Shown here: one piece after another, positions 37,595-51,430 of the stretch | How positions within the stretch are numbered: position 1 is the first letter of the stretch | Layout: each line of letters opens with the position of its first letter | The notes under the pieces: model-generated | Told to the model about the DNA's origin: nothing | Database searches by the model: none | What the model saw: only the letters and a program-made list of their open reading frames with translations | Assembly: GCF_006345805.1 (NCBI RefSeq) | Contig: NC_043003.1 | Span: forward strand, 100,688,001-100,752,000 | Source: Octopus sinensis | Taxonomy: Eukaryota | Length of the DNA stretch: 64,000 nt | Reading direction: 5' to 3' | Made by a program: the position numbers and the translations under genes

Positions 37595-38522
37595 TGAAGC
37601 CAGTATGCTCCGATGGATGTGTAATGTCAGTGTTCATAATCGACAGAGTGTAAGTACCTTGAGAGAAAAGCTGGACCTAAGAAGCATCAGTTGTGGTGTG
37701 CAAGAGAGACGATTGCGCTGGTATGGTCATGTGGCGAGAATGGATGAAGATAGTTGTGTGAAAAAGTGCCACACCCTAGCGGTTGAGGGAACCTGTGGAA
37801 GAGGCAGACCCAGGAAAACCTGGGACGAGGTGGTGAAGCACGACCTTCGAACTTTAGGTCTCACTGAGGAAATGACTAGAGACCGAGTCCTCTGGAAGTG
37901 TGCTGTGCGCGAGAAGACCCGGCAGGACAAGTGAGTCCATAACCCGTGGCCTTCTACTTGGGATGGAGCCAGCCTACGTATGCATACCTTCCCTTCTTGG
38001 GACACAAAACTCTACTTGTGAAGACCCGTTGAGGCAAGTGAGGATCAGAATGGAAATCGATCAATGGAAATTGCAGATGTGTTACCAGTGCCGGTGGCAT
38101 GTCGAAACTCTACTTGTGAAGACCCGTTGAGGCAAGTGAGGATCAGAATGGAAATCGATCAATGGAAATTGCAGATGTGTTACCAGTGCCGGTGGCATGT
38201 AAGAGAACCTTCCGTTTCGCGACCGTTGCCAGCACCGCCCCGTTTCGTGTCCGTTGCCAGCCTCGCCTGGCCCTTGTGCCGGTGGCACATAAAAAGCACC
38301 ATCCGTTCGTGGCCGTTTGCCAGCTCTGTCTGGCACCTGTGCGAGTGGCACGTAAAAAGCACCCACTACACTCACGGAGTGGTTGGCGTTAGGAAGGGCA
38401 TCCAGCCGTAGAAACACTGCCAGATTTGACTGGGCCTGATGAAGCCTTCTGGCTTCACAGACCCCAGTAGAACCGTCCAACCCATGCTAGCATGGAAAAC
38501 GGATGCTAAACGACGATGATGA
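37595..38522 (+). mobile_element. 5'-truncated young copy of the 10869 RTE
   Basis: EASMLRWMCN...VREKTRQDK stop, same 3' UTR with internal ~110-bp duplication and tail; very high identity by eye; both ends in (TA)/(TG) repeats. Confidence 0.95.
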
Positions 38523-41094
38523 TATATATGTGTGTGTGTATGTATGTATGTGTGTGTGTGTGTATGTATATATTTATTATTTTATTTATTTCAGTCATAG
38601 GATTTGTCTCTTTCAGCTTCTATCTACAAAATCCACCCACAAGTCTTTGGTCGAACCACAACTTAAGTAGAAAACACTTGCTCAAGGTGCCATGTAGTAG
38701 AACCAAACCTGAAACAATGTGATTGGGAAGCAAATTTTCATTAACACAGTGATTCCTACATCAATACATATTGTCAAAATAGATAAAGGAGTGTTCAACA
38801 TCACAACAGCCAGTAAAAAGAGAGGCCATCTGATGCCATGATCTTAGAATTTTGCTTTGTTGTCTCAAATTTCTAGATTGAAATCTAAGAGTTGACTTCA
38901 GTTCTGAATCCAACATAGGAATATTTGGAAATGGATCAACACATTAAGTACCAGCAAATGAGTGGTGGAAGCCATGGCTGATTGAGTAATCCAGGTAGCA
39001 ACTGAAATGTCAACAGTATCCTATATCCCACTGGGCATGCACAATGACCAAGACACTCAACTCCCAAATGGTTATATCCACCTAGTTGCAAATAGATACC
39101 ACAGAGAAAAGATAATTTACTGCTTAAACTAAGAGTTCAAACCCCACCCTACCTACAATCAGAGTTTTCTGGATGGGTCCTTCAATGACAAGCACTGCTA
39201 ACCTAACTTGCCCTAACAACACAATATGGAGATGAAACCTTAAGTCATATCCAAAAATCCTAATTAATTATAGAATTTACTCCTTAAAGTGAAAATTAGA
39301 TTAGAAAGTTTAGGGAAATGATGGACAGATCACTGCTGTAGAGCGATTAAGTAATGAATATGTAGTGTAGTTAAATAATTGTGTAATTAAATAGTTCACT
39401 TTGCAACCATGTGGTTCCAGATTTCAAATTACAACACAGATCCCTAGAAGTGACTTCTACCATAGTTTCAGTTTGACTGATATTTTGTGAATGGAATTTA
39501 ATAAACAAATATTTGTAGTAGATTTGAACTGAAGACCTATGTTTACTTATACACAGAAAAAATATCCACTTGGCAAATTTATTTCTACAATAGCTGAAAC
39601 TGAAGTTGTTGTTGTAGTGCAACCTCAAGCAGACCATGACTGAATAGAACTATGATCAAAAGCAATCCAGTCATGCCAATTCTGTCTTGTAGCTAATAAG
39701 TACCTCCTGTCTATGCTATCTAATGTAACCTTTTTGTTTCCCTTTTATTCTTTAAGACAGGGGAGGTCCTCCATTGGTCAATACTGATCATTCATCTACT
39801 CATGTATGTGTAGACCTGGACAAGAATTTTTGGCAGAGATTGGCAGTTCCCTATGCTTGAAAGTCTCTGTCTCTCTACATCACCAATGTTTATCCAAAAG
39901 AAAGATCATCAATACTGGAGAGATTACTGGAGAACACAAACATCTGGAATAAATAGCAGAATCCTTTAAAAGTTCTGGTCATTCCATCACTTGGAGTAGT
40001 AGTTTTCTAATTATCCTCAAAAGGATAAAGAGCAAAATTGACCTCAGTGAGATTAGAACTTGAAGTGTAAATATTTAGAACAAATACTATGAAGCATCTT
40101 ATTCAATGATCTAGCATAGTTTTAAGACAGCAGGGCATGATTTGAGGGATATTTAGCTGATATTTCTAGCAGGTGAGTGACTACGCAGAAATATTCTTGT
40201 TGGTTCAACAGTAGCTGATGTAAAAGATTTAGATGAAAATAAACCAAAATAAGATGAAGTGAACTTAAATTTGACCGTTTATTCTTATTGGTATTTTCAT
40301 GTTGCCAATTTTCTAGATAAACAAAGTCTGGTAATTATTTCCATGCTTTCTTTTAACTGAAAATTTAACCTCATAGTAATGCAGAAACGGGTTGCTTTTT
40401 CGTGGCAAAATAATGAAGAAAACACCACAAGTGGAAATTATAAACTAACCATGGACATTAGCAAGGAGGAGCTTGTCTTTTTTCCTAAAGAAGGTAGCAC
40501 TAAGAAATGGTATACACTAGAAATACTATTAATTAAATCCTCATGCTATCACAACAAACACAGAACTGTTTTATCAACATGGTAAACACATACATGAGTG
40601 TGGCGCACACACACACACACACACACATATAAATCAAATTTGACCCATTTCCCAAAGATTCTACTTGGTGACATTCCAACATAAGTAGTTAGCCATTTTA
40701 TTATTGTCACTTGTTTTTGCACCATTGTAGTTATGGAAAAATGTATCTGTCTGTATATATATAAAAAAGAAAAAAGAGGCAGTCAGAATTTTGGATAATT
40801 CTTTATTAGTGCTTTCATTCAATTAACCAAATTCTTCAAGAAAAATTGAACAAAAATAATAGAAACAGAATGTTTAATCATTTTTTTTTTATATGAATCA
40901 AAAAAACGGATGTTTTTTGTTTTGTTTAGAAGAGGAGAAAATTTTGTTTTTTGGAGAAAGAGAGAAAGAGAAGATAGGGAGCAAGACAATTGAGAAGGAG
41001 AAAGAAAAAGGATATTCAGAGAGGGAGAGGTTTCTTTTCAATTATAATTGAAAAGAAACCTCTCTCTCTCTCTCTCTCTATCTATCATTTTCCT

Positions 41095-43780
41095 CCTCTT
41101 TGCCTTTCTTTCTCTTTCTCTTTCTCAATTATCCTGCTCCCTATCTTTGAGGGTCAAATGGGGTCATGCAGCATCAGCAACATAGCATATATGGTGCACC
41201 TTGTCCACCACCACTAGGTCCGGTCTGTTATGCCCTAGCACCTACTCTGTTTGGATTGAGAAGTCCCAGATTTTGCTGGTCTCTGACTCCACTCTGCTTT
41301 GTGATTTGTGCTCATACCATGTCTTGCCTCTCCCTAGCCCCCACTTTTTGCAGTTTCCAATGTAGCACATTTGCTACCTGATTGTGTTGCCATAACTTGT
41401 TTTGGGCAAGTATAGGGCATTCGTTCATGATATGGGCAATGGTTTCATCCACTCTATTGCAGACACAGTACAGAGGAGACACTTGCTCATTCCTAACATT
41501 GAAATGTGTTTGATTCCATCTGTCTCAAGTATTCCCAAGCATTTATAGCTGGAATGAGGTTGAATTTCCTTTATCATTTCACCATTTGGCAACTATATGC
41601 CTTCTGTTCTGAAAAGCTTTCCTCATCTCATTACCATCATAGCACATTTTCAGAGTTCAAACTCTATCTTAATATCATTGGAGAAAATCCACACAGACTA
41701 GACTAGGCTGTCCAGTTTTTGTGAGAAGCTTCAGGTCATCCATGAATAGTAAGTGGTTCAGTTTTCCCTTACCTCTTCCCAGATCATACCCCAACTTTGT
41801 TTTCTGTGGCATTTCACTCAGGGAGATCATTCCCAGCATGAAGATCAGTGGGAACACACTGTTTCCCTGGAAGATATCTCTCTTGATTTTCACCTCTCCT
41901 AATACTTGCTGTCAATTTCTTTCTCCAACATTTCATGCTACTCCATGTAAAGCTTCTCATATTTTCTGCTACTCCATACATTTCCATTGCTTTTATTATC
42001 CAGGAGTGTGGTATCATATCATATGCTTTACAATAGTCAACCTATGCAATGCTCAGGTTTGTGTGTCTTCTCTTGCAGTTCCTGATAATTAGATTATCAA
42101 TTAAGAGCTGATCCTTTGTTCCCCACCTTGTCCTTGGGCATCCTTTCAGTTCAATATGTAGCAGCCCACTGTTTGTCAGTACACCAGCCAAAGCACCTGA
42201 CATTAGTTTCCACATTAGCAAAAAGAATGTTGTTGGTCTAAAGTTGGATGCAGCATTCCCTTTTTCAGGATCCTTGGCACACAACAATATCTTTCCCTTT
42301 GTCATCCACCTGGGTACTGCACTTTTCTGCAAGCACTCATCTAGCTGTTGCGCTATCCTTTCATGGAGCCCTCTCAGATTCTTCATCCAATAACCTTGGA
42401 CTCCATCCAGTCCTGGGCACTTCCAATTTGGAAACTTTTTTAACTGCTTTTTGATAATTTCTCTAGTTATCTTCTTGGCCTTCTATATTTTTTAACCTAT
42501 CTTGGATTTCACTCTATCATAATGCTCTACAGGTTGGTTCCAGATCCCTCTCCAGAATGCCCTGCTTTCCTCTGCATCTGGTATCATTGTTAAGTGTAAT
42601 TGCCCATCTAGTTCCTGAAACCCTTTCTTCTGATTTGCTTCAAACAAACCATTTTGCCTGAATTGTTTTGTTCTATTGTCATATCTTTCCAGTTTTGCTT
42701 TGATTGCTCCTACTCTTTGTTTCAATTCTTCCAATATCACATCATACCCTTTATCTCTTATTCTATATGTTCTTTCCAGCATTATTCTTATGCTTCCATT
42801 CTGCAATTACTCTCTACTCAATCTATCAATTTGTCCTAAATGTCTTTTTAACTTTGTTTCTCACAAATTTGTCTACGTCAGAATAGTTCTTTACATTCTG
42901 TTTGTTCTCTTCTTTTGTATCCAACTTTATCTGCAGCAACCAGAGCTGCAGCTCAAATAATCTTGTTTGTTTCAGTTATATTTCTCATCTAGACTGAATC
43001 TATCTTTTCAGTTTCAACTTTGAACTTGCATCAATCAATGTACCTCAGATTAGACAGGGGGAGGGGGTGCTTGATCCTGGTCTTCCCAAATATATTGGCT
43101 CAGCATCCTCACTGTATCTTGTTGGTCATCATCATATTCTTGTGCTATAGGCCTTCCTATTACTTTTGCTTTATTTGCTAAGAATGCATTTACATTTGCA
43201 CTTTGCTCTGTCTTTACTGCCACCATTCATTTTTCTGCTCTCACTGAACAATGTATCTGTTGGTGAAGTATTATTTTTATTTTCTACTTTCCTTTTGATC
43301 TCTTCAATTTCTATGTCTGTAAACCAACTTTTTGTTCTTATTGCTCTTGCCTGGTCGGCTAACCATTGCTCACTTATATCAAAGAGTCCTATTTCATTCC
43401 ATTTTCCTTTCATTCATTGTCAGAATCTCCGTCTACTGAGTTCATTCCTGATTCAGCATTCAATTACTGTTCAGTTTGCCTCCTGACCCCACCTTTTTCT
43501 CTGTTTCTGGCTTTGTGTACAAGCAGTCTCTAGATGATGACTGGGCCTGTGCTGCTCAACCACAGGGCACCTGCCAGGTGAAAGGCCTTTACCTTTGGTT
43601 CCAGCCTCATTAGCACTATTATTTGATACATTTGTATCAGACATTTCCACTCAACAATGAGGTTTGTATTTTAAGGTTAGCCATCAACCAGTATTTTCAT
43701 CAAGACACCAACTCTAGCAAGATTGTCAACCAAGACTGCAGAACTCTTACTACCCATAAGTTGTGCTTCACTAGGAGACA
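41095..43780 (-). mobile_element. Degenerate R4/Dong-clade LINE (RT plus RLE remnants)
   Basis: EQWLADQARAI, GLHERIAQQL, GTKDQLLID, IPHSWI, IFQGNSVFPL, LNHLLFMDDLKL motifs; many stops and frameshifts. Confidence 0.85.
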
Positions 43781-43865
43781 GATGAGTGTCAGTTAGTCCC
43801 GTATCTTCATCCAAATATTGCTCTGGAATTAAGTCCCAATTCACAGTTCTTTTGTCTTCATCCCA

Positions 43866-44073
43866 GGCATTATTATTATTATTATCATCATTACTATTTC
43901 ATTATTATTATTATTATCATCATTACTATTTCATTATTATTATTATCATTATCATTATTATTATTATCAGTATTATTATTATTATCATCATCATCATTAT
44001 TATCATTATTATTATTATCATTATTATTATCATCATCATCATCATTATTATCATTATTATTATCATTATTATT

Positions 44074-44120
<47 letters not shown>

Positions 44121-44125
44121 TATTG
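43866..44125. repeat. (ATT/ATC)n microsatellite
   Basis: Directly visible. Confidence 0.97.
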
Positions 44126-44150
44126 TTTTATTGTTTATACCAACCATATA

Positions 44151-45406
44151 TGAGGTCATCCCAGAAGTTCTGTCCGAATTTTGAATACAGAAAACAAGTG
44201 ATCAAATGTTATATTTAATTAAAATTTAATCATCAATGTACTTTCCCTGATTATCTATGACTTCCTTCCATCTATTTACAAGCTTTTTAATTCCATTAAT
44301 GTAAAACTCTTTTGGTTTCAAAGAGAAGAACTCTGAAATGTCAGTTTTGACCTCCTCCTGGCTTGTGAAAGTTATGTCCCCCAAATGATTCTGTAAACTA
44401 CGAAACTAGTCTAAAGGAGCAAAGTCGGGAGAATAATGGTGGATGAGGAATTTTTTCTGAACCAAGCTCTTCAATCTTCTGTGATGTGATCTTTGCAGTG
44501 TGGGGTCACACATTGTCCTGATGAAACATCACACTAAAGCAGGTCTTTTTTTCTTGAAAGCTTGGTTCAAATGCTCTAATTGCTGACAGCGGACTTGAGC
44601 ATTGATTGTTGCATTAGGTGGTAACAATTCAAAGTGAATTACTCCTTTGCAATTCCACCACATAGAGAGAAGAACCTTTTTCCCATGAAGTTCCCTTCTT
44701 GGTTGTGGTTGAGCTTTTTCCCTTTTACCAAGCCATTGTTTATGACATTTAACATTTCGATAGAAGATTCATTTTTTGTCACCACTCACAAGTCTATCCA
44801 AAAAGGGTGAAATGAGTTTGTGAGAATGGAGAGAAGAGCAGATGTCAACTCAGGATTTGCAGTTGCTTTTGGACAATTCACGAGGCACCTATTTTCCAAG
44901 TATAGGGACTTTTCCAAGTTGTTGAAGACGATGATGAACAGTTGTATGGTTTGAACTAAACTTTATTGCCAATTCTTCAATTGATAATGCAAGATTTTCA
45001 TCAAGTAATGCCAAAAGGAGCTTATCATCAAACTCAACTGGACGTCCTGTTCTATCTTCATCTTCAAGGCTGAAATCTCCACTTCTGAATTTTGCAAATC
45101 ATCTTCTGCAAGTTCTTTCATTCAACCAGTCTTTCCCATAAACCGAGTGCTTCGGCTGCAGAGTTTCCTTTTTTGTACTCATAAAGCATTATGTGCCTCA
45201 AATGCTTTTTGGATACTTCCATGTTAGAAAGGGTTTTAATCAAAGAAATTTTAATTCTATTATTCTGTAAAATAATATTTATTAAGTTTTAATGTACACA
45301 AATGCATAAAAATAATTTTTAATTCTATTAGATATTCTAAAATACTATTAAATTTCATTCAATTTTAAAAGAGGTAAAATCAGACAGAACTTATGGGTTG
45401 ACCTGA
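44151..45406 (-). mobile_element. Full-length degenerate mariner (Mos1/Hsmar-like)
   Basis: TIRs tgaggtcatcccagaagttctgtccga / tcagacagaacttatgggttgacctga with TA flanks; MEVSKKHLRHIMLYEYKKG, FRSGDFSLEDEDRTGRP and (W)VPREL remnants. Confidence 0.88.
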
Positions 45407-46025
45407 TATTTTAGTATCTACAGAGTTAGAGCTATACTTTTTAATGGGTGACTGCAAATGGAATATTTTTATATGTGTTTTTGTCTTTACTCTCACTGTG
45501 AGGGCATCCAAGCCTTAGAAGCCATGCCAAAGCAGAAAATGGAGCAGGGTGCAGTTGAGCCTATTAGATCCTATCAAACTTTCCAACCCATGACAGCATG
45601 CAATGTGGAGGTTAAATGATCACACATGCACACATACATACACACACACATGAACATACACATATGCACACATACATATCCACGAAAATGACTTAGATAA
45701 ATCTATTGATTAGCAGATTTTTATACATGTTACTACTAAGAGACATGCAAATGTCAAGGATTCTTTGTGATGACAAAACTGGCTGCCAGCTATTAATTAG
45801 TCCCTCTCAAGGACTTTTCCTATTTGTTATATTGTTTATAGCTTCTTATAAAATGAACTTAATCCTCTAATGAGCTGAGTTGTGTTGTCAGTGTTTCAAT
45901 TGATTTTTACTCTAAACCTCATAGCAGTCAAGTCAATCTCAAAGAGATGCCTGCAATGGCCTTCTTTGCTGGATGCATGGAAGTACATATCTGTGCATAT
46001 ATGTACATGTGTGTCTGTGTGTATG

Positions 46026-46071
<46 letters not shown>

Positions 46072-46271
46072 CACATACATACACAAACACATTCCTGAGC
46101 AGAATTTAAACTCAGGATGTAGTGAGACAGAAACAATGCTAAGTATTTTATTTGATGCACTAGCAATTCTACCAGCTCACTGCCTTATATATATATGTGT
46201 GTGTGTGTGTAAGTATGCATGAATGTGTGTATAAATACATATATATATATATGTATGTATAAATATACATA

Positions 46272-46325
<54 letters not shown>

Positions 46326-46339
46326 CATACATACATACA

Positions 46340-46545
46340 CACACACATATGGGTCATTTCATCATATTGAACCATTAATCCCTACGCACTGTTTTTCTCT
46401 CTCCATTTCTTTCCTCTCAACCCTTTCTGTTGAAGAGCATAGGCTTGAAACATCAAAGATTTTTCCATTCTTCTCAAGCGTCAAAGTAATAAACCTGCTT
46501 GTTGTTTCCCCATTTGTCTTTGTCTTTTGTTTTCTGTAAATTTGA
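46340..46545 (+). repeat. Short PLE pLTR-like fragment with a variant hammerhead at 46423-46458
   Basis: CTTT CTGTTGA A GAGC atag GCTT GAAAC ATC AAAG; follows a (TA)n run. Confidence 0.55.
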
Positions 46546-47451
46546 ACTACATGGGGAGGTAGAAACCCTTTAACCTTGGTTGGTAATCTACCCAGGAGAA
46601 GGAAATCTTTGAAATAAAACCTGAGGCCTTGGAAGTTCCTGTTTTGTCAATTTCCATGTCACACCGGTGAAAGTCTTCTTGGGCCAATAGTGGGGGTAGT
46701 GCAAGCTACATCCACTGAAAATTATTCATCTGCACAGATACTTCCTGTATTCCAAACCTTGGTAAAATCATTGAAATGGTTGGTTGGCAGAAACCTAAAA
46801 TGCACTTGTAACTTATCATATATATAATAATATAAATTTAATGGACAATATATGGATTCAACTAATCTAGTGGTACTCATAAAAAAAAAGCTCTTTAATG
46901 GATCCAGCTACAAACCACATCATAAATCCAAACTTTTTACTTTTAGGTTATTAAAGATAAAGATATAATGTTCCATATATATCTTACTTTCTACCACCAC
47001 CATAGTTCAGTGTTTACTTTTTAATATCTTGCTAAATCTCCATCCTCCCTTCAATAGCAAACTGTTTTATTAATTTTATTGCTTATTGTCTTCTATATAT
47101 CAATATTTGAATGCTGACTCTCTGCATTTCTATATATATAAGTACTGAGGTGATGAAAGATAAGTATAATGACTATGATATTCAGTGACCTAACAAGAAA
47201 GTCTTTATACCTATATTAATTTATATATTACATGACAGAATTATATAATTTATATCATATACAATAATACAGGCATGCAAAATAATTTATAATTTATTTA
47301 TCTATTATACAATAAAATAAATTGTTTTTATATGACTGCAAAACAATCATCATTGTATAGATGTCAATTGGTGAAATAATTTTTTTCATCTTACCCTTAG
47401 ACTATTTTTATATATTATATATATATATATAATATATATATATATATATAC

Positions 47452-47800
47452 ATATTCGGTTGGTAAAAAAGTTCATAGTTTTTTCAATTGGTGATGTTTA
47501 ATCACATGACAGGAATATATGACATATATATATATTTTCTGAAAGAGGAGATCTCAATACATTTTTCTGTTTGAACTTTGTGTGGATTATTTACTTATAA
47601 TGTTCTTATGATAAAATTGAAAATGAAGGAAAATGAAACACATTTTCATCATTTAATGCTCTTTTATTTCTGGAAAGGAAAAACACTGCACAAACAGCAG
47701 TGTTGTTTATGGAAATGGTGTCACAGCTGAAAATACTGTTCATAAGTGATTCATGAGGTTTAGAACTAAAAATTTTGACCTGGAAGATTGTGAATTACAG
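47452..47800 (+). mobile_element. Mariner 5' fragment
   Basis: MKENETHFHHLMLFYFWKGK...VYGNG...FMRFRTKNFDLED resembles the Mos1-type N-terminal HTH. Confidence 0.7.
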
Positions 47801-47888
47801 CAATATATATATATAACTGTTTAGATATTGAATTAGAACAGACATTCATCAAAATGTTGTATGAACTGTAAATAAGCAAAAAATATTA

Positions 47889-48674
47889 TCTATATATATA
47901 AAAGTGAAGTTGTGTGAGTGTCTGTCTCCTACGATTTAGATTCCTAACTACTCCCACATTTTTCGGTGCAGTTTCACCAAATTCGGGTATCATATCGAGC
48001 CCGTCTGGGTATTAGCGCGCGTCTACGATGAGTCTACGATTTTAAAAATAGTTTACCATAATTTTTTTCCATTTTAACGCATATTTTTTCGTGTGTCGAT
48101 GGCGGCGGAGTTGGCGTCCATGCTCACACCTGCACCTGTGTTGCTTCTCCCCCGTCTTCCCTCCCTCGTGAAGCTGTGGGGAAGGGAGTGTAAAGAAATC
48201 AACGTCGTAAAGCGTTGTCAAGGAGACCAGCGTTCTTTTAGAACAACGACTTCATGGCTTGAAGTCGCCAAAACAGAAATCGCTAAAAATGCTGAAACAG
48301 ATCCACAAAAACGGCAAAAACTGCCACACAGGGCAGGTTTCCTGTGCAAACAATTTGCACAACCGAATGTTTTAGTTGTTGCACAAATCTTTATATATAA
48401 AAGTGAAGTTGTGTGTCTGTCTCCTACGATTTAGATTCCTAACTACTCCCACATTTTGCGGTGCAGTTTAACCAAAACCGGGTATCTTATAGTCGTGATT
48501 CATATCGAGCCCTTCTGGGTATTAGCGCGCGTCTACGATGAGTCTACGATTTAAAAAAAAAATTACCATAATTTTTTATTCCATTTTTAATGCATTTTTT
48601 TGCTATAACTCTCTAAAAATGCTTATATAGCTATTTCCCTTACAAACCCGAGCAACGCCGGGCGATACTGCTAG
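47889..48674 (+). mobile_element. Non-autonomous Helitron with two 5' termini (47889 and 48388)
   Basis: A|TCTATATATATAAAA start; 3' hairpin cccgagcaacgccggg followed by CTAG|T; repeated aaagtgaagttgtgtg...ctcctacgatttagattcc 5' block. Confidence 0.9.
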
Positions 48675-49689
48675 TGTTTTATAAAATAAGTATAACTGAT
48701 ACAGGGTGTCATGAGTCAGTGTAGTGTCGAAGTTTGGCTTCATTTTTTAAGAATTTTAAGCATTCACCGTATGAGTTCATTGTACTGGGACAAACTTATG
48801 AAATATTTTGTGGAATGAAAAATGTATGTACTTAGACGAAGAATAATTGCTTTATTTTGTAAATATGAAACATAATGAATCAGAGACTTAACTTGAGATC
48901 ACCATTGTCGCATTAGAGCAGCTTGTGAAGTTGAAGCACCCAGTTGTACTCTGACTCGTGGCATTTTAAATGTGAACTTTATGAAGGCTAATTTATTAAA
49001 GGTAATATATGTATAGAAATATATGAATGAAGTGTTAGAAGAAAGTGCAATGATAACATTCACACTCACTGGTGGCTGCTGTCAGAAACAGCATTTATCT
49101 TACGGAGTTCTTGTTTTTATAACTATCAAAAAGCAGCCAGAAAGAAAGACATATTGTTGAGAACAAATGATTTGATTTCGTTGAAGTCTCTTATCTCTAT
49201 TGCAGCCCCTTGGTGGCATAGAAGAGGTTAGAAGGGTTAAGTGGCAAAGACATTATTCTGCTTAGTGGAGGCATCTGAGAAATGTATAACTGCTGTCATT
49301 CATAGAAAAAGTATTGTTTTACTATGAGAAAAGCGCTGTTGTGTTAAGTGAAATTTGGCAATTGAGGATCAAATCCATGCTATGCCTGCATGAAGCCACT
49401 ACAAATTATCTACTGTCATGGAGAAAGTGTAATTGTAAAAATGCAGAATTATCAGAGTAATGGGCATTCAAAAAAGTATGTATATATAGAAATGTATGAA
49501 TGAAGATTGAAGGTTTAAGATTCAAATTAAGGAAGTGCAATAATAATGTTTAGCTGTTCAAAACTGTGAGTAGTGAAATGCAGAATTAGGTCAGCTGATT
49601 ATTGGTTCAAAGTAATAGAACATAAACAATGAAATAGGTTATTTCCCTTCAGTGTTTTAAACCAAAATAATGTAGGTTGTATGAGTTAT

Positions 49690-49907
49690 TTCCCTTGGGT
49701 ATTTAAAAAAAAGTTATATAAGGTATATATAAAGATCCCTACCAGGGGCCATATTATCGGTTTTTTCAACAATCTAAGTATGTCACGAGGTTTCCAGGCA
49801 TAAGTTCTACTCACATGTCAAGTTTCATCAAAATCAATAAAATGATGTAGGAGGAGTTACGTAACAATGCCACAAACAAACACACACCGATTTTCCACAT
49901 ATGTAGT

Positions 49908-49910
<3 letters not shown>
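49690..49910 (-). mobile_element. Helitron-like 5' fragment
   Basis: Minus strand begins tctactacatatg, then tgtgtgtttgtttg; contains a caagtttcatcaaaatc block similar to that in the 57453 Helitron. Confidence 0.5.
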
Positions 49911-49946
<36 letters not shown>

Positions 49947-49978
49947 TACATATATATATAAATCTATATATATATATG

Positions 49979-50020
<42 letters not shown>

Positions 50021-50043
50021 TACATATATAAATATACATATAT

Positions 50044-50870
50044 ATCTAATATATAAATCCCATTCTGTCTGTCTGTTTGTGCACTTATAACTCAAGTATT
50101 GTTCATCCAATCATGCAGAAATTTTAAACATGGATATATCAGAGAGCAGGGCGTTCCGTAATCTAAAAAGATTTTCAGAATTGTCAGTTTCAAAGTGAGA
50201 ATCACAATTTATGTAATCTTTTTGTCCTATTTCTTTCGCCATGAAATTCATTAAAAGCAACGAGTTGCTAAGACAGCTGGCACACACAAATAAGCTGGCA
50301 ACAAGGGGAGTACAGGATGATAGTCAGCCAAAACTGTCGCTATGCTGTCTATTTTCTTCTCTCTCTCTCTCTCTGTCCACCCCTCTTTATATGTAGAGAG
50401 CTCAATACAATTATCTAACTTAAAGCAACAGTTATCAAATGCAAAAAGCCAAAGAATGGTTAATACATACATATATACATACGTAAGACAGTAGGGTGTT
50501 TTGAGGGAGATTTGGTTGCTATTTCTACCAGATCTAGCTACCATGTAGAGGTCTCCCTTATTGGCTCATACATACATATATACATACATAAGACAGTAAG
50601 ATATGATTTGAGGGAGATTTGGCTGTTATTTGTACCAGGTCTGGCTACCATGTACAGGTCACCCTCATTGGCTCATCTAATATATAAATCCTGTTCTGTC
50701 TGTCTGTTTTTTGTGTGCTTATAACTTGAGTATTGTTCATTCGATCACGTTGAAATTTAAAATATGGATACATGAGAATACTCATGTAATGAGAATACTC
50801 ATGTTCTGTAATCTAAAAAGATTTTCAAAATTATTGGTTTCAAAGTGAGAATTGTTATTTTTTTAATCCT
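50044..50870 (+). mobile_element. Two direct copies of a Helitron-like 5' block (50044-50220, 50675-50870) separated by SINE-like pieces
   Basis: Both start tctaatatataaatcc..tctgtctgtctg and share gtaatctaaaaagattttc...ttcaaagtgagaat. Confidence 0.55.
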
Positions 50871-50957
50871 TATGGCCTGTCCATAACACTGTCCAAGTTA
50901 ACCCTCTTCACCTATACAAACTGTCCAATGGATGGGGGTAGGGATCATTTGCTAGTA

Positions 50958-51080
50958 TATATATATATTGGCCTGCTCGCTTAGCCAGTGGGGTAGCGTC
51001 ATTCGAAGGCTAAAACAATGCGAACGCATTGTGACCAGCAATGTGTAGCAACATCTGATGGTCTGGTCGGTCACATGATC
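50958..51080 (+). repeat. Short interspersed repeat between (TA)n runs, unclassified
   Basis: GC-richer 120-bp island with hairpin caatgcgaacgcattg and terminal cacatgatcacatgat; recalled as a common octopus repeat, not verified. Confidence 0.4.
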
Positions 51081-51107
51081 ACATGATATATATATATATA
51101 TACACAT

Positions 51108-51138
<31 letters not shown>

Positions 51139-51284
51139 CATACATATATATATATACACATATATATATACATATATATACATACATATATATATATACA
51201 TATACATACATATATATACATATACACATACATATATATATACACATATATATACATACACACACATATATAGATATGCATACG

Positions 51285-51430
51285 CAATACAGGCAAATTC
51301 CTCTCAGTGAACATATAGAAAGACATGCAGATAACATCAAACCAAATTTCACAATCTTCCCCTTCTACCAGTGCAAATAAACAATCTCTTCAGAAGAACA
51401 TTTAAATAAAGAAACCTCTTTCATTGAAAG
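51285..51430 (+). pseudogene. C-terminal fragment of a GIY-YIG endonuclease from a different PLE type
   Basis: [31 protein letters not shown]...KETSFIE resembles recalled PLE EN tails (LSEH...IFPFY...KE.YFI). Confidence 0.55.

Noticed and set aside
38430-38465. CTGATGA in the RTE 3' tail (also ~10945-10965 on the minus strand) as a hammerhead
   Set aside because: It forms a simple hairpin (tgaagcc ttct ggcttca) with no downstream GAAA; more likely the LINE 3' recognition stem-loop.
43786-44184. Poly-Ile and poly-Met ORFs
   Set aside because: (ATT/ATC)n microsatellite translation.
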